Assembly: GCA_963726265.1 (NCBI GenBank)
Contig: CAVSBQ010000002.1
Span: forward strand, 224,001 to 288,000
Direction: 5' to 3'
DNA: 64,000 nucleotides
DNA from: Candidatus Aenigmatarchaeota archaeon
GTDB taxonomy: Archaea > Aenigmatarchaeota > Aenigmatarchaeia > QMZP01 > QMZT01
Below, in pieces: positions 39,405 to 48,615 of this stretch; the stretch's first letter is position 1, and each line of letters opens with the position of its first letter. The notes beneath the pieces are model-generated. The model was not told the DNA's origin, searched no databases, and saw nothing but the letters and a program-made list of their open reading frames with translations. The position numbers were made by a program, and so were the translations under genes.

Positions 39405-40150
39405 AAAAAGCACAAGGCGCGGTTTTATTGGCAATAATGTTAATAGTAATTACTGTAATAATAATAAGCAGCCTTCAATTTTACTTGTCCAGCAGCATAG
39501 AAAAAAAATCAGAACTCCAATTCGATGAAGACCTTTATGTAACCGAGAATGCACTCAGGCTATCCAAGCTTTATCTGGAAACGGCCCTAGATTACTCTGT
39601 TTATCAGGCAATGTTTGATGCAGGAAAGGATGGTCTACCTAAAAACATCGATGACCTGAAAGGTAAACTCGCGTCTAAAATTTCAGAAAACATGAAAAAA
39701 TACACGGAAAGGGAATTTAACTTCATAGGGAAAATAGCGAGACTTCCGACCTACGATAAAAATATGCTAACGATAGAAAAATTCGGCGAAAACGATTTAA
39801 ACGTTTCAGCCACAGGAAACGGTAATATTTATTTTGAGGAAACAACAACCGTGCAAATGGAGAAAAAATACATAAGACTTGAACTTTCGTCGTATCTGGA
39901 AAGAATTTACAGTTTCAATTTCTTTGGTCTTTATGAAAAAGCGCTGGAATTCTCGAACAAAATAAACGAGTGCGAAGACGAAAAGATAATCGACGGTATT
40001 TATGAGATTTCATTGGCGACGGACCAAAACAAAAAACCATGCAATGTCAAGGTTTCGGTTAAAGACGTCTCCCAAACCTTCCCCGTCTTCAACGGCAGGG
40101 AGGTTGCCTTCGAACCGGTCGTTTTCGAGTTCCTTGTGAGCGTCGCGTGA
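39401..40150 (+). CDS. Pilin-like protein
   Basis: MKKA|QGAVLLAIMLIVITVII; ATGA overlap. Confidence 0.7.
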   Translation: MKKAQGAVLLAIMLIVITVIIISSLQFYLSSSIEKKSELQFDEDLYVTENALRLSKLYLETALDYSVYQAMFDAGKDGLPKNIDDLKGKLASKISENMKKYTEREFNFIGKIARLPTYDKNMLTIEKFGENDLNVSATGNGNIYFEETTTVQMEKKYIRLELSSYLERIYSFNFFGLYEKALEFSNKINECEDEKIIDGIYEISLATDQNKKPCNVKVSVKDVSQTFPVFNGREVAFEPVVFEFLVSVA

Positions 40151-40338
40151 GGCAGGCCGGAATATTTTATTGCCGGATTATTTTTGCACGCCCCGAGTAG
40201 TTAAAACTTTAAAAGCCAGCCTACAATTTATAAGTACGGCCAAGCTGATTGGCCAGCAGATGACAGCCAAAAGAGGCGAAAAAGCGGAACAGACTATTAG
40301 AACGAAACAACGACTGAGAAATTTAGGAGGTGCTTAGC

Positions 40339-40698
40339 ATGGCAGAAGAAAAGAGGGAAGCAAAACACGAAATCAGGGAAAACAGGCAAACCGAGGCAAG
40401 AACCGAGAGAACGGAGAGGCCGAGGTCAAGGGCGGACGACAACGTGGTATTCGTAGGTAAGAAGCCGACGATGTCATACGTCCTGGCCGTGATAACGCAG
40501 TTCTCCGAAGGGAGGAATGAGGTCCACATAAAAGCGAGAGGCCGCTCGATATCCAGGGCAGTCGATGTCGTGGAAGTCGTGAGGAACAGGTTCGTCAACA
40601 ACGTCAAGCACTCCATAGAGATAGGGACGGAGAAGCTAGTGGCCGAGAACAACATGGACATAAACGTCTCCACGATTGACATAAAACTCGTGAAGTAA
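40339..40698 (+). CDS. albA: DNA/RNA-binding protein Alba with N-terminal charged extension
   Basis: [16 protein letters not shown]...[22 protein letters not shown]...VSTIDI; AGGAGG ribosome-binding site. Confidence 0.95.
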   Translation: MAEEKREAKHEIRENRQTEARTERTERPRSRADDNVVFVGKKPTMSYVLAVITQFSEGRNEVHIKARGRSISRAVDVVEVVRNRFVNNVKHSIEIGTEKLVAENNMDINVSTIDIKLVK

Positions 40699-40824
40699 TC
40701 AACCAAGCAGAAAAAAAGCGGAAGTTGCCTTTTTCTTTTATTTTAAAGCTTTTTCAGAAAAAGCTTTATCAAAAATCTCGCTTCCTTCCACGAAGGCTTA
40801 AGCGAAACGTGAAAATAAAAGAAA

Positions 40825-41006
40825 TGCGGGAGCGGAGAATCGAACTCCGGAAGGCACTAAGCCACAGGATTTCCTAAAGGGCTTAATCACAGGTCAGAAG
40901 ACCTCATAACCTAAGCCGAACAGACTTAAGTCCTGCCCCTTCAGCCCAAGACCACTTGGATGTACCATTCAGGTGGTCATGCGCTTGGCCACTCGGGAAC
41001 CCCCGC
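40825..41006 (-). tRNA. tRNA-Leu(TAA) with two introns: D-loop (40941-40984) and 37/38 (40871-40924)
   Basis: The spliced product GCGGGGG TT CCC GAGTGGCCAA|A GGG G CAGGA CT TAA G|A TCCTG [variable arm] CGGAG TTCGATT CTCCG CTCCCGC A folds as a class II tRNA; BHB helices GGCC/GGCT and CTTA/TAGG. Confidence 0.9.
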
Positions 41007-41056
41007 AATTAGAATTAATTAATCTGGTATTAATAAAAAGCAGGTGCCGCCAGCGC

Positions 41057-42172
41057 TCACTTCAAGAACTTGTCTATATGTTTCCTTGCATGCTCGCGCT
41101 TCCTCGCGTGGTCGAGCAGGAACGCCTCCATCTTTTCTATGAGCATCTGCTTGAGCTCGCCTGAGAGCATCTTGCCGGATTTGTAGTCGTCGTATATCTG
41201 CTGCATCTTTTTGTCGTCGGGCTCGAACTGTGAGTAGAGGTATTGGTAGGCGACGTCGACCTCCGGGACGCCTCCTCGCTTTCGATGCTCCGCCAGCGTG
41301 TCGCGGCCGCCGGAGAAGGCGTATTTCATTATCTTGCTCCTCGCCGTGTCAGGGTCGTCGGTGAGCGCGATGTAGGAATACGGGTCGGAGCTGGACATCT
41401 TGCCGCCTTTCAGGCCCTTGATGAACGCATGATAGGTTGACGACGGCGGCGTGAACTTGTGCTCCTTTTCGAAACGTGACGCGATGTCCCTGCTCAGGCG
41501 GATGTGCGGGTCCTGATCCACGCCGACCGGCACGACTACGTGCCTGTAGCCGCCGAATTCCGGCAGCATGGGGTGAAGGATGTCCGCGACCTGCGTCATG
41601 ACGGACACGACCTTGCCCGGCGTGATTTCGCCGTATACTGCTTTCATCTCGTTGAACGTCACCTTCTTCGCCGACATGCCGGCGAGGCGGTAAAAGGCGT
41701 TGGCCTGGTCCGGGTTTTTCGAGCGGGCACTCTGGAAGTAGAAGTCGCAGTTATTCGGCTCGAGGCCGAGAGCGATGTAGTTGAGCAGGTATTCGTTTAT
41801 GGCGATTTCGCGCAGCTTCTCCATGTCGTCTATGCGCATGTTGTAGGCCTCGATGTCCGCGACGCAGATGAACACCTTCGCGCCAAGCGTCTTCTGGTGG
41901 TAGATTATCTGTTCGGCAAGGATTTTGTGGCCCAGGTGGAACTTGCCCGAAGGCATGAGCCCCGTCATCATCGCGTAGCCTTCCTTCCTCTGGAGCGCGT
42001 CGAGAATCTTGTCGAAGTCTCTGTGTCCGAACACTATGCCACGCCTCATGAGCAGGTGAGGCTCCTTCATGCGCTTGAGCAGCGGGGCGAAAGGCTGGAT
42101 ACCGAATTCGTCACAGAGCTTGCCGTAATCCTTGACCTCGAACGAGCCCCATGGATTGATTTCAGTCTTCAT
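41057..42172 (-). CDS. trpS: Tryptophan--tRNA ligase
   Basis: PSGKFHLGH, PVGVDQDPH, KMSSS, AFSGGR. Confidence 0.96.
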   Translation of the reverse strand: MKTEINPWGSFEVKDYGKLCDEFGIQPFAPLLKRMKEPHLLMRRGIVFGHRDFDKILDALQRKEGYAMMTGLMPSGKFHLGHKILAEQIIYHQKTLGAKVFICVADIEAYNMRIDDMEKLREIAINEYLLNYIALGLEPNNCDFYFQSARSKNPDQANAFYRLAGMSAKKVTFNEMKAVYGEITPGKVVSVMTQVADILHPMLPEFGGYRHVVVPVGVDQDPHIRLSRDIASRFEKEHKFTPPSSTYHAFIKGLKGGKMSSSDPYSYIALTDDPDTARSKIMKYAFSGGRDTLAEHRKRGGVPEVDVAYQYLYSQFEPDDKKMQQIYDDYKSGKMLSGELKQMLIEKMEAFLLDHARKREHARKHIDKFLK

Positions 42173-42233
42173 GCAATCGCCACAGATAATCTATATTTTG
42201 ATTCGTTCGTATATATTTCAAACGCTTCCGCCG

Positions 42234-43538
42234 TCAGAGGCCCAGCACCTCCTGATATCCCGGAAGGTCGAGCAGGCCGTGGCCGCTCAGGTTGAATACA
42301 AGCGTCTTCTTCCTGCCCTCCATTTTCGCTTTTAACGCCTGGTCAATCGCCGCTTTCACGGCGAAATTGGATTCGGGCGCCGGAATGATGCCTTCGCTTC
42401 TCGCGAAAAGCCTGCCTGCATCAAATGTTTCCCTCTGGTTATACGTGACTGACTTCACTATTTTTTTGTTAACGAGCAGACTCAGCGTGGGCGCGCAGCC
42501 GTGGTAGCGCAGGCCGCCCGCGTGTATCGCGTCGGGAATGAAATCGCAGCCCAGCGTGCACATCTTCAGCAGGGGCGTGAGCTTCCCCGTGTCGCCGAAG
42601 TCGTATTTGTAATCGCCCCTGGTCATGCTCGGCACGGCGTCCGGCTCGACTGCGATGAATTCGCATTCGCTTTTCCCCGCAAGCTTTTCGCGGATGAAAG
42701 GATACGCGAGACCGGCGAAGTTCGAGCCGCCTCCCACGCAGCCGATTATCACGTCCGGCTTCTCGTCAATCTTCTGCAGCTGCTTCTGCGTCTCCAGCCC
42801 TATGACGGTCTGATGCATGAGCACGTGGTTCAGCACGCTGCCGAGCGAATAGTTCGCTTTTTCATCCTTCGCCGCGACTTCTATCGCCTCGGAAATCGCG
42901 ATTCCCAGTGAGCCAGGCGTGTCCGGCATCTGCGCGCGAATCTTTTTGCCTATCGCTGTCGTGTCGCTCGGAGATGCTACTACGTCTGCACCGAAGAGCC
43001 GCATGAGCATCCTGCGGTATGGTTTCTGTTCATAGCTCACGCGCACCATATAAACCTTGCATTTCAAGTCCACGAAAGCGCAGGCCATCGACAAGGCAGA
43101 GCCCCACTGGCCTGCGCCCGTTTCCGTCGTGAGCGTCTCCACGCCGGCTTTCGCCGCATAATACGCCTGGGCGAGCGCCGTGTTCGGCTTGTGCGAGCCG
43201 ACGGGCGACAAATCCTCGCGCTTGTAGAAGATACGCACGTCATCGGGCAGCTTCAAAAATTTCTCAAGCCTGGTCGCCCTGCACAGAGGACGAGGCCTTC
43301 CTATCTTCAGAAAAAGTTCCCTCAGTTCATCGGGGATTTTCACAAAGCGCTCTTCAGCGAATTCCTGCCTTATCAATTCCTTGCAGAACAAAGGCTCCAG
43401 CATTTCCGGCTTGATTGGCTCGCCATTCGCCGGATTCAATGGCATCGGCAGCGGCTCGGGCAGGTCGGGCAGGATGTTATAGAAGTATCTGGGAAACTCG
43501 CTTTCCTCAAGCTCGACCCTGTAGCCAGAGCTGGCCAC
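42234..43538 (-). CDS. trpB2: Tryptophan synthase beta chain, TrpB2 type
   Basis: [63 protein letters not shown]. Confidence 0.95.
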   Translation of the reverse strand: MASSGYRVELEESEFPRYFYNILPDLPEPLPMPLNPANGEPIKPEMLEPLFCKELIRQEFAEERFVKIPDELRELFLKIGRPRPLCRATRLEKFLKLPDDVRIFYKREDLSPVGSHKPNTALAQAYYAAKAGVETLTTETGAGQWGSALSMACAFVDLKCKVYMVRVSYEQKPYRRMLMRLFGADVVASPSDTTAIGKKIRAQMPDTPGSLGIAISEAIEVAAKDEKANYSLGSVLNHVLMHQTVIGLETQKQLQKIDEKPDVIIGCVGGGSNFAGLAYPFIREKLAGKSECEFIAVEPDAVPSMTRGDYKYDFGDTGKLTPLLKMCTLGCDFIPDAIHAGGLRYHGCAPTLSLLVNKKIVKSVTYNQRETFDAGRLFARSEGIIPAPESNFAVKAAIDQALKAKMEGRKKTLVFNLSGHGLLDLPGYQEVLGL

Positions 43539-43586
43539 CTGTGTTTTTATTTTCGCTCGAATTTTCTTTTCTCATACTCACACCTC

Positions 43587-43793
43587 CTAAACCTGTATTT
43601 TATGCGGGTTCTGCATTGCCAGCATTACCCTCAGGGCGCGCAGTTCCTGCGCGTCTGTCACCGGCTGCATGTTGCCGCCATCAGTTCCCGTGTAAATCCC
43701 CGTATCCGTCAATACCACCTCACGCCTTTCATACATTCCGGGCGGCCTGTAGCCCATGACCTTTATCACATTGCCTATGCCGTTGCTTCTCAT
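43587..43793 (-). CDS. Small hypothetical protein
   Basis: MRSNGIGNV...; GGAGG ribosome-binding site; ATGA overlap with the upstream HTH gene. Confidence 0.55.
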   Translation of the reverse strand: MRSNGIGNVIKVMGYRPPGMYERREVVLTDTGIYTGTDGGNMQPVTDAQELRALRVMLAMQNPHKIQV

Positions 43794-44125
43794 GCGTCCA
43801 CCTCCTTTTGAAGATTTTCGAGTATTATTTCCCCGATTTTCGTGATTTTCAACGGCTTCCCGCGGCCGTTCTCCACGAGCCCCAGCTCCTTGAGGCTGTT
43901 GACGTTCATCCACACCGTCGATTTCGGGCAGCCCATGGCGCAGGAAATCTCATCCACCGCCGAAGTAATCGTCCTCGAGCCGTCCTGTTCTGCCAGCATT
44001 CTGAGTATCTCCATCTTCCTGCCCCTGAGCACTTTGCCAGAAAGCATGACCACCGCGTTGAGAACCTCGTTCACGCTTACTGCGCCAGAATCCTCTTTCA
44101 GCCCGGAGAGATAGTTGAAAATCAT
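43790..44125 (-). CDS. Winged-HTH protein
   Basis: TITSAVDEIS..MGCPKSTVWMNVNSLKELGLV...PLKITKIG. Confidence 0.75.
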   Translation of the reverse strand: MIFNYLSGLKEDSGAVSVNEVLNAVVMLSGKVLRGRKMEILRMLAEQDGSRTITSAVDEISCAMGCPKSTVWMNVNSLKELGLVENGRGKPLKITKIGEIILENLQKEVDA

Positions 44126-44411
44126 CCCAAAAACCCTTTTTTCCTGAAGTTGCTTCAGGTTATGTCTCAGAAATGGGATGAAGTTTTAGAGCCTGATCCA
44201 AAACTTCATCAAACGATAGAACATGCCGGCGATGCCGTGGGCTGAAAGAAACGACAGTTCGCTTCCGGACATCGCTGCGTTTTGCATGAGTATAAATATG
44301 AGGCTCAATTCTTATAAACCTTGTGTGCAGGATTTTCTGGAGTCTACGCTGCGCCCGCTTCGCCCGGCCGCCCGGCAAAGGATATTTAACGGCCAAAACG
44401 AATTATAAAAC

Positions 44412-45101
44412 ATGAAAAAAAGGCCTCGCAGGAAGAAACCAAGGAAAACGAAGAAAGGGCAGGAAAACGAGCTGCGGGACATCTTCATAGAAAGCCTTTC
44501 TTTCAAGGAGCTCGTCACCTCCGCGATAGAGGTCTACAACAGGGAGACCAACGGCGTGCTGCTGGGACGGAGGACTTTCAAGGAGATAAAGGGGGAGAAG
44601 AAGAAAGTAATCTCGATAAAGAACGTCTACCCGTTCCAGATGGAGAGGCGCACGCCCTCCGAAGTGACGCATGGCAACATAGCCGCTTTCAAGAGGGTTT
44701 TGCGCACGATCGACTCCTTCGACGCGGAGATCGTCGGCGGCTACCATTCGCACACGCCGCCGTACGACGTCGTCCGCCTTTCGCGCGGCGACATAAAATC
44801 GATAAAGGAAGACATCGAAGCGATGCTCAAGATAGGCCACAGGAGGCTCGCGAAGGGCTGGGTGGAAATCCTGCTGTCGATAAAGAGGAAGAAATACGTG
44901 AAGCCCAGCGGCAGGGAGTGGTATATCTGCGACTACATCAAGAAGCTACGCTGCTATCTCAGGACGCAGAAAAGGGTGGGTTGGGACATCCTCCTGTCAG
45001 CCTACTGGGTGTATCCCAAAAAGGCAATAGAAGGCACCAGCACCAGAAAAACCGAGTTCGGCGTAAAGGAAGTCGCAGTCTACGTCGAGTGGATTCTATA
45101 G
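44412..45101 (+). CDS. JAB/MPN (JAMM) domain protein
   Basis: RETNGVLLG...IVGGYHSH....LSRGD (E...HxH-x7-S-x2-D-like). Confidence 0.75.
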   Translation: MKKRPRRKKPRKTKKGQENELRDIFIESLSFKELVTSAIEVYNRETNGVLLGRRTFKEIKGEKKKVISIKNVYPFQMERRTPSEVTHGNIAAFKRVLRTIDSFDAEIVGGYHSHTPPYDVVRLSRGDIKSIKEDIEAMLKIGHRRLAKGWVEILLSIKRKKYVKPSGREWYICDYIKKLRCYLRTQKRVGWDILLSAYWVYPKKAIEGTSTRKTEFGVKEVAVYVEWIL

Positions 45102-45370
45102 TGGCGAAACGGGTCCGGCCTTATTTTTAGCAGAAACGGCAAGTTCCAGAAATAATCGCATTTTTCCGGAGGTTTTTTTATTGTGTTGTAATGGCGCGTG
45201 GCACCTATCATCCCGCTTTTTTTGTCTTCAGTTGGCAGTTTTTCTGCCGCGCGGCTACTGAAACAGCACTGCTCACTTTCAGGGCTCAGAGACCCGTAAA
45301 TGCATTTCGAGCAGTAGGGTTGTTCGTTTCTGAATAAACCGTATTGCCGCAGAAGGCTCTTCAGGCTCAT
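45080..45370 (-). CDS. Hypothetical Cys-containing protein
   Basis: ORF downstream of tyrS with CxxC. Confidence 0.4.
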   Translation of the reverse strand: MSLKSLLRQYGLFRNEQPYCSKCIYGSLSPESEQCCFSSRAAEKLPTEDKKSGMIGATRHYNTIKKPPEKCDYFWNLPFLLKIRPDPFRHYRIHST

Positions 45371-45415
45371 ATCTTGAATTGAAGAAAAACTTTTTAAGGA
45401 TATGCTGTTCCTGCA

Positions 45416-46498
45416 TCAGCGCGTGACTTCGAGACTGTTCACTCTTTCAAGAAGTTCTCTCGCCTTCGCATCTTTCTCGAAATGGCGCCTGACCGGCTCA
45501 AGCAGCCCGTTCAAGTGGAAGGCGGCCGCCTTCTTCAGGTCTGCCGGATGTATCTTGCCGTCCGCATACGCCTTCTCCAGCTCACTGTATTTCTCGAAGC
45601 TCAGGTTGCCGCCGAACTTGGCCGGCCTTTCGATTTCGAAGGCCCTGAACTTGCCGGATTCGAAGATTATGAACCTGCAGTATTCCATGACGGGGTTCTC
45701 CTCCGCCTGTTTTTCGGGGCAGTAGGCTTTCGTTATTTTCCGTTCGACTTCCGCAGGCGGGTCGGTCATGAATATCGCGGAATCCGGCTTCGACTTCGAC
45801 ATCTTCATGTCTATCGTCCTCTCCAGTTTGTCCTTCTCGCTGCTCGCCGGCTTGAGCAGCCCCATGAGCATGTGGTGCGAGACGACGACGGGTTTCCAGT
45901 AGCCGAGCTTCGGCCCTATCTCGCGCGCGAGCATGTTGACCTTCCTCTGATCCATGCCGAGCTGGCAGATGTCCGCCTTCAGCTGGAATATGTCCGCTGC
46001 CTGCATACATGGATAAAGGACCTGTGACGCCTGCTGCACCTCGCTCTCCTTCCTGCCCATTATCTGGCCGCAGCGGATTATGCGGTTCACCGTGGCGTTG
46101 CGCGAAACCTGCATGACCTTCTTCCAATAATCATCGTCCTTCACGAGCTCGGACGCCCATACGAATTCGACATTCCCTACGTCGAGCCCGCAGGCCTTCC
46201 AGACCTCGATCAAATATTTGCCCACGGTCTGTATGTTCTCCAGGTTGCCGCCCATCTTGTTGTTGGCCCAGCCGTGCCAGTCCGCGACCAGCATCTTGAA
46301 GCGACAACCAGCGAGAATCATCTTGTTTATGTTTATCGCGCGGAGCAAACCCTGGGCTATGTGGACCTTGCCGCTCGGCTCGAAGCCGTCATACGCTATC
46401 GGTTGCGAATTCTTTTCGAGCAGCTCGCGCAGCTCCTGCTGGGTCACGATCTCCTCGCCTACGCGCGAAACCAGTTCGATTCTTTTTTCGAGGTTCAT
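45416..46498 (-). CDS. tyrS: Tyrosine--tRNA ligase
   Basis: YDGFEPSG.VHIAQG, YPCMQAAD, GMDQRK, KMSKS, AYCP, HPADLK. Confidence 0.97.
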   Translation of the reverse strand: MNLEKRIELVSRVGEEIVTQQELRELLEKNSQPIAYDGFEPSGKVHIAQGLLRAININKMILAGCRFKMLVADWHGWANNKMGGNLENIQTVGKYLIEVWKACGLDVGNVEFVWASELVKDDDYWKKVMQVSRNATVNRIIRCGQIMGRKESEVQQASQVLYPCMQAADIFQLKADICQLGMDQRKVNMLAREIGPKLGYWKPVVVSHHMLMGLLKPASSEKDKLERTIDMKMSKSKPDSAIFMTDPPAEVERKITKAYCPEKQAEENPVMEYCRFIIFESGKFRAFEIERPAKFGGNLSFEKYSELEKAYADGKIHPADLKKAAAFHLNGLLEPVRRHFEKDAKARELLERVNSLEVTR

Positions 46499-46549
46499 GA
46501 TTCCACTTTATAGTTTATTGCCAAAGTTAATATCTTTTTATATTCTCCA

Positions 46550-46622
46550 ATGATGACAACACGGAATAAAGAATGCAGCCGGGCCTACATGAAGTAAGCA
46601 TAGAACTCGGAGCTTTCGCTGA
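46550..46622 (+). ncRNA. Possible box C/D guide RNA
   Basis: C box ATGATGA (46550-46556) and D box CTGA (46619-46622) in an intergenic spacer; internal C'/D' boxes unclear. Confidence 0.3.
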
Positions 46623-46762
46623 CAGGCATAGTCCTTTTTTCAGCCAGCGGATTTTTGCTCATGACAGAATAGTGGCAGGCAGCTTATTTAAGCGCGCCGT
46701 GCAGGAAAGGCTGGAGCATAGAACAGCCCCGTTTTATTAAAATCTCTGCCCAATAATCTATC

Positions 46763-47107
46763 ATGGGTGCATGGGAGAGCGCGATCGGCTTCCTGCAGGC
46801 GATAGGCTTCTTCAGCCTGCTCGCCGCGCTGCTCGTCTTCATAGTCGTCTATTTCCTTCTCGTGAACCTTGTCAGAAGGAATGCGAAGCGCGAGCCCAAG
46901 AGATACGAGAAAATCATCTTCTTCATAATCGCCGTAAGCCTTGCCTCGCTGATATTCGTGTTCTCGCTTGGCGAAGGCGCTGCGCTCGTCACGACCTACA
47001 TCTCCATCGCGCTTTTCCTGCTGGCGCTTTTCCTGATGTTCATGATTCTGCTGACATCCTTCTTCGGCAAGGCGGGCTGGAAGTTCTGGAAAATCGCGCC
47101 CGGGTGA
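46763..47107 (+). CDS. Small membrane protein (3 TMs)
   Basis: Hydrophobic ORF upstream of dys. Confidence 0.65.
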   Translation: MGAWESAIGFLQAIGFFSLLAALLVFIVVYFLLVNLVRRNAKREPKRYEKIIFFIIAVSLASLIFVFSLGEGAALVTTYISIALFLLALFLMFMILLTSFFGKAGWKFWKIAPG

Positions 47108-47140
47108 AGATTTTATAAACCGGACGCCTAATTGTGTTGT

Positions 47141-48046
47141 ATGGACAGGATAAAGGATTATGACGTGGAAGACCTGGAAATCGGGAAGCTGATAGGGCAG
47201 ATGAAAAACGCAGGCTTCCAGGCCACGCATCTGGCGGACGGAGTCGAAATCGTAAGGCGCATGAGGAAGGAGAAGGCGACGATTTTCCTCACGTTCACCG
47301 CGAACATGGCGGCCTCCGGCCTTCGCAGTCTGTTCGCCCGGCTCTGCGAGAAGAAGCTTGTCCACTCCATAATCACGACCGGCGGCGCGATAGAGCACGA
47401 TTTCATACGCTCGTTCAGGCCGTATCTGCTCGGCGACTTCAACATGGATGATGCCGCGCTCCACAGAAAGTCTATGAACAGGATAGGCAACATAATCGTC
47501 CCGACTGAAAGATACGTTTTCCTCGAGAAGAAGCTCCAGCCGCTTTTCGCGAGGATGCATAAGCAAAACAAAGCCATAAGCCCGAGCGACATCGCATACG
47601 AACTCGGTCGCATGAGCAAGGACAAAAATTCCTTTTTATACTGGGCCGCGAAGAACGGGATTCCCGTCTTCTCGCCTGGCATAACCGACTCGGCAATCGG
47701 GCTGCAGTCATATTTCTTCAAGCAGGATCATGAGGACTTCGTGATAGACGTCACCGGGGACATGAAAACGCTCGCGAACATCGTCCTTACCGCGAAGAAG
47801 ACGGGAGGCATAATACTCGGCGGCGGGATATCGAAGCACCACGCGCTCGGCGCGAATCTCATGAGAGGCGGCCTTGACTATGCGGTCTACGTCACGACGT
47901 CCCAGCCATGGGACGGTTCGCTGTCTGGCGCGAGGACGAACGAGGCGATATCCTGGGGCAAGATAAAGGGGAAGCAAAGGAGCCACGTGACGATTGACGG
48001 AGACGCGACGATAATCTTCCCGCTTCTGATATCGGAGTTTCTGTGA
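47141..48046 (+). CDS. dys: Deoxyhypusine synthase
   Basis: GFQAT, FTANMAASGLR, TTGGAIEHD, NRIGN, GGGISKHH, DGSLSGARTNEAISWGK. Confidence 0.97.
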   Translation: MDRIKDYDVEDLEIGKLIGQMKNAGFQATHLADGVEIVRRMRKEKATIFLTFTANMAASGLRSLFARLCEKKLVHSIITTGGAIEHDFIRSFRPYLLGDFNMDDAALHRKSMNRIGNIIVPTERYVFLEKKLQPLFARMHKQNKAISPSDIAYELGRMSKDKNSFLYWAAKNGIPVFSPGITDSAIGLQSYFFKQDHEDFVIDVTGDMKTLANIVLTAKKTGGIILGGGISKHHALGANLMRGGLDYAVYVTTSQPWDGSLSGARTNEAISWGKIKGKQRSHVTIDGDATIIFPLLISEFL

Positions 48047-48055
48047 GGTTTTGAA

Positions 48056-48592
48056 ATGGACCTAATCATTCTTCCCGTTGTTTTCATAATAGGCATTCTC
48101 ACGAAGTTAGCGGACCTGATAGCGGATGACGGCATAGAGATAAGATGGATTTTCTCATACGCGATTGGCGTGGTTTACGGCATCCTCATAGCATACATAC
48201 TCACGACGCACCCTGTCCTTGCTCCCATAGGGCTGGCGGCCGTCCTCGCCGTTCTGCTCACCAAAAAGATTGACAGGAAACCGCACAACATAGGCATCGC
48301 TTCCACATTCCTGTTCCTGGCCGTGTGGGGCCTGCCGAGAATAGACATACTGATGACCGCAGTTTTTCTTACGGCAGGCCTGATTGATGAAATAGGCAAC
48401 GATAGGGCGGACAGTGGCAGAATAAAGGGCTCGCTGAAAAAGCTCTTCGATTACAGGCTCGTATTCGAATTGACCGCCTTCTCCGTTTCCCTAGTTACGG
48501 GAGAATGGATAATATTCCTGGGTATACTGAGTTTCGACATCGGCTATCTGCTAACCAAAAGAATCGGCAAAAAATTTGTGAAACTTAAATAG
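48056..48592 (+). CDS. Conserved archaeal membrane protein
   Basis: K.AD...D, KID..PH, DEIGND, SFDIGY; multiple TMs. Confidence 0.7.
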   Translation: MDLIILPVVFIIGILTKLADLIADDGIEIRWIFSYAIGVVYGILIAYILTTHPVLAPIGLAAVLAVLLTKKIDRKPHNIGIASTFLFLAVWGLPRIDILMTAVFLTAGLIDEIGNDRADSGRIKGSLKKLFDYRLVFELTAFSVSLVTGEWIIFLGILSFDIGYLLTKRIGKKFVKLK

Positions 48593-48615
48593 ATAAGTGT
48601 GCACAATTGTAATAA

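Noticed and set aside
44186..44287. 33-aa minus-strand ORF as a Trp attenuator leader for trpB2
   Set aside because: It has only one Trp codon and no evident alternative terminator hairpins. It is in frame with the HTH gene and may be a mis-stopped extension or chance.
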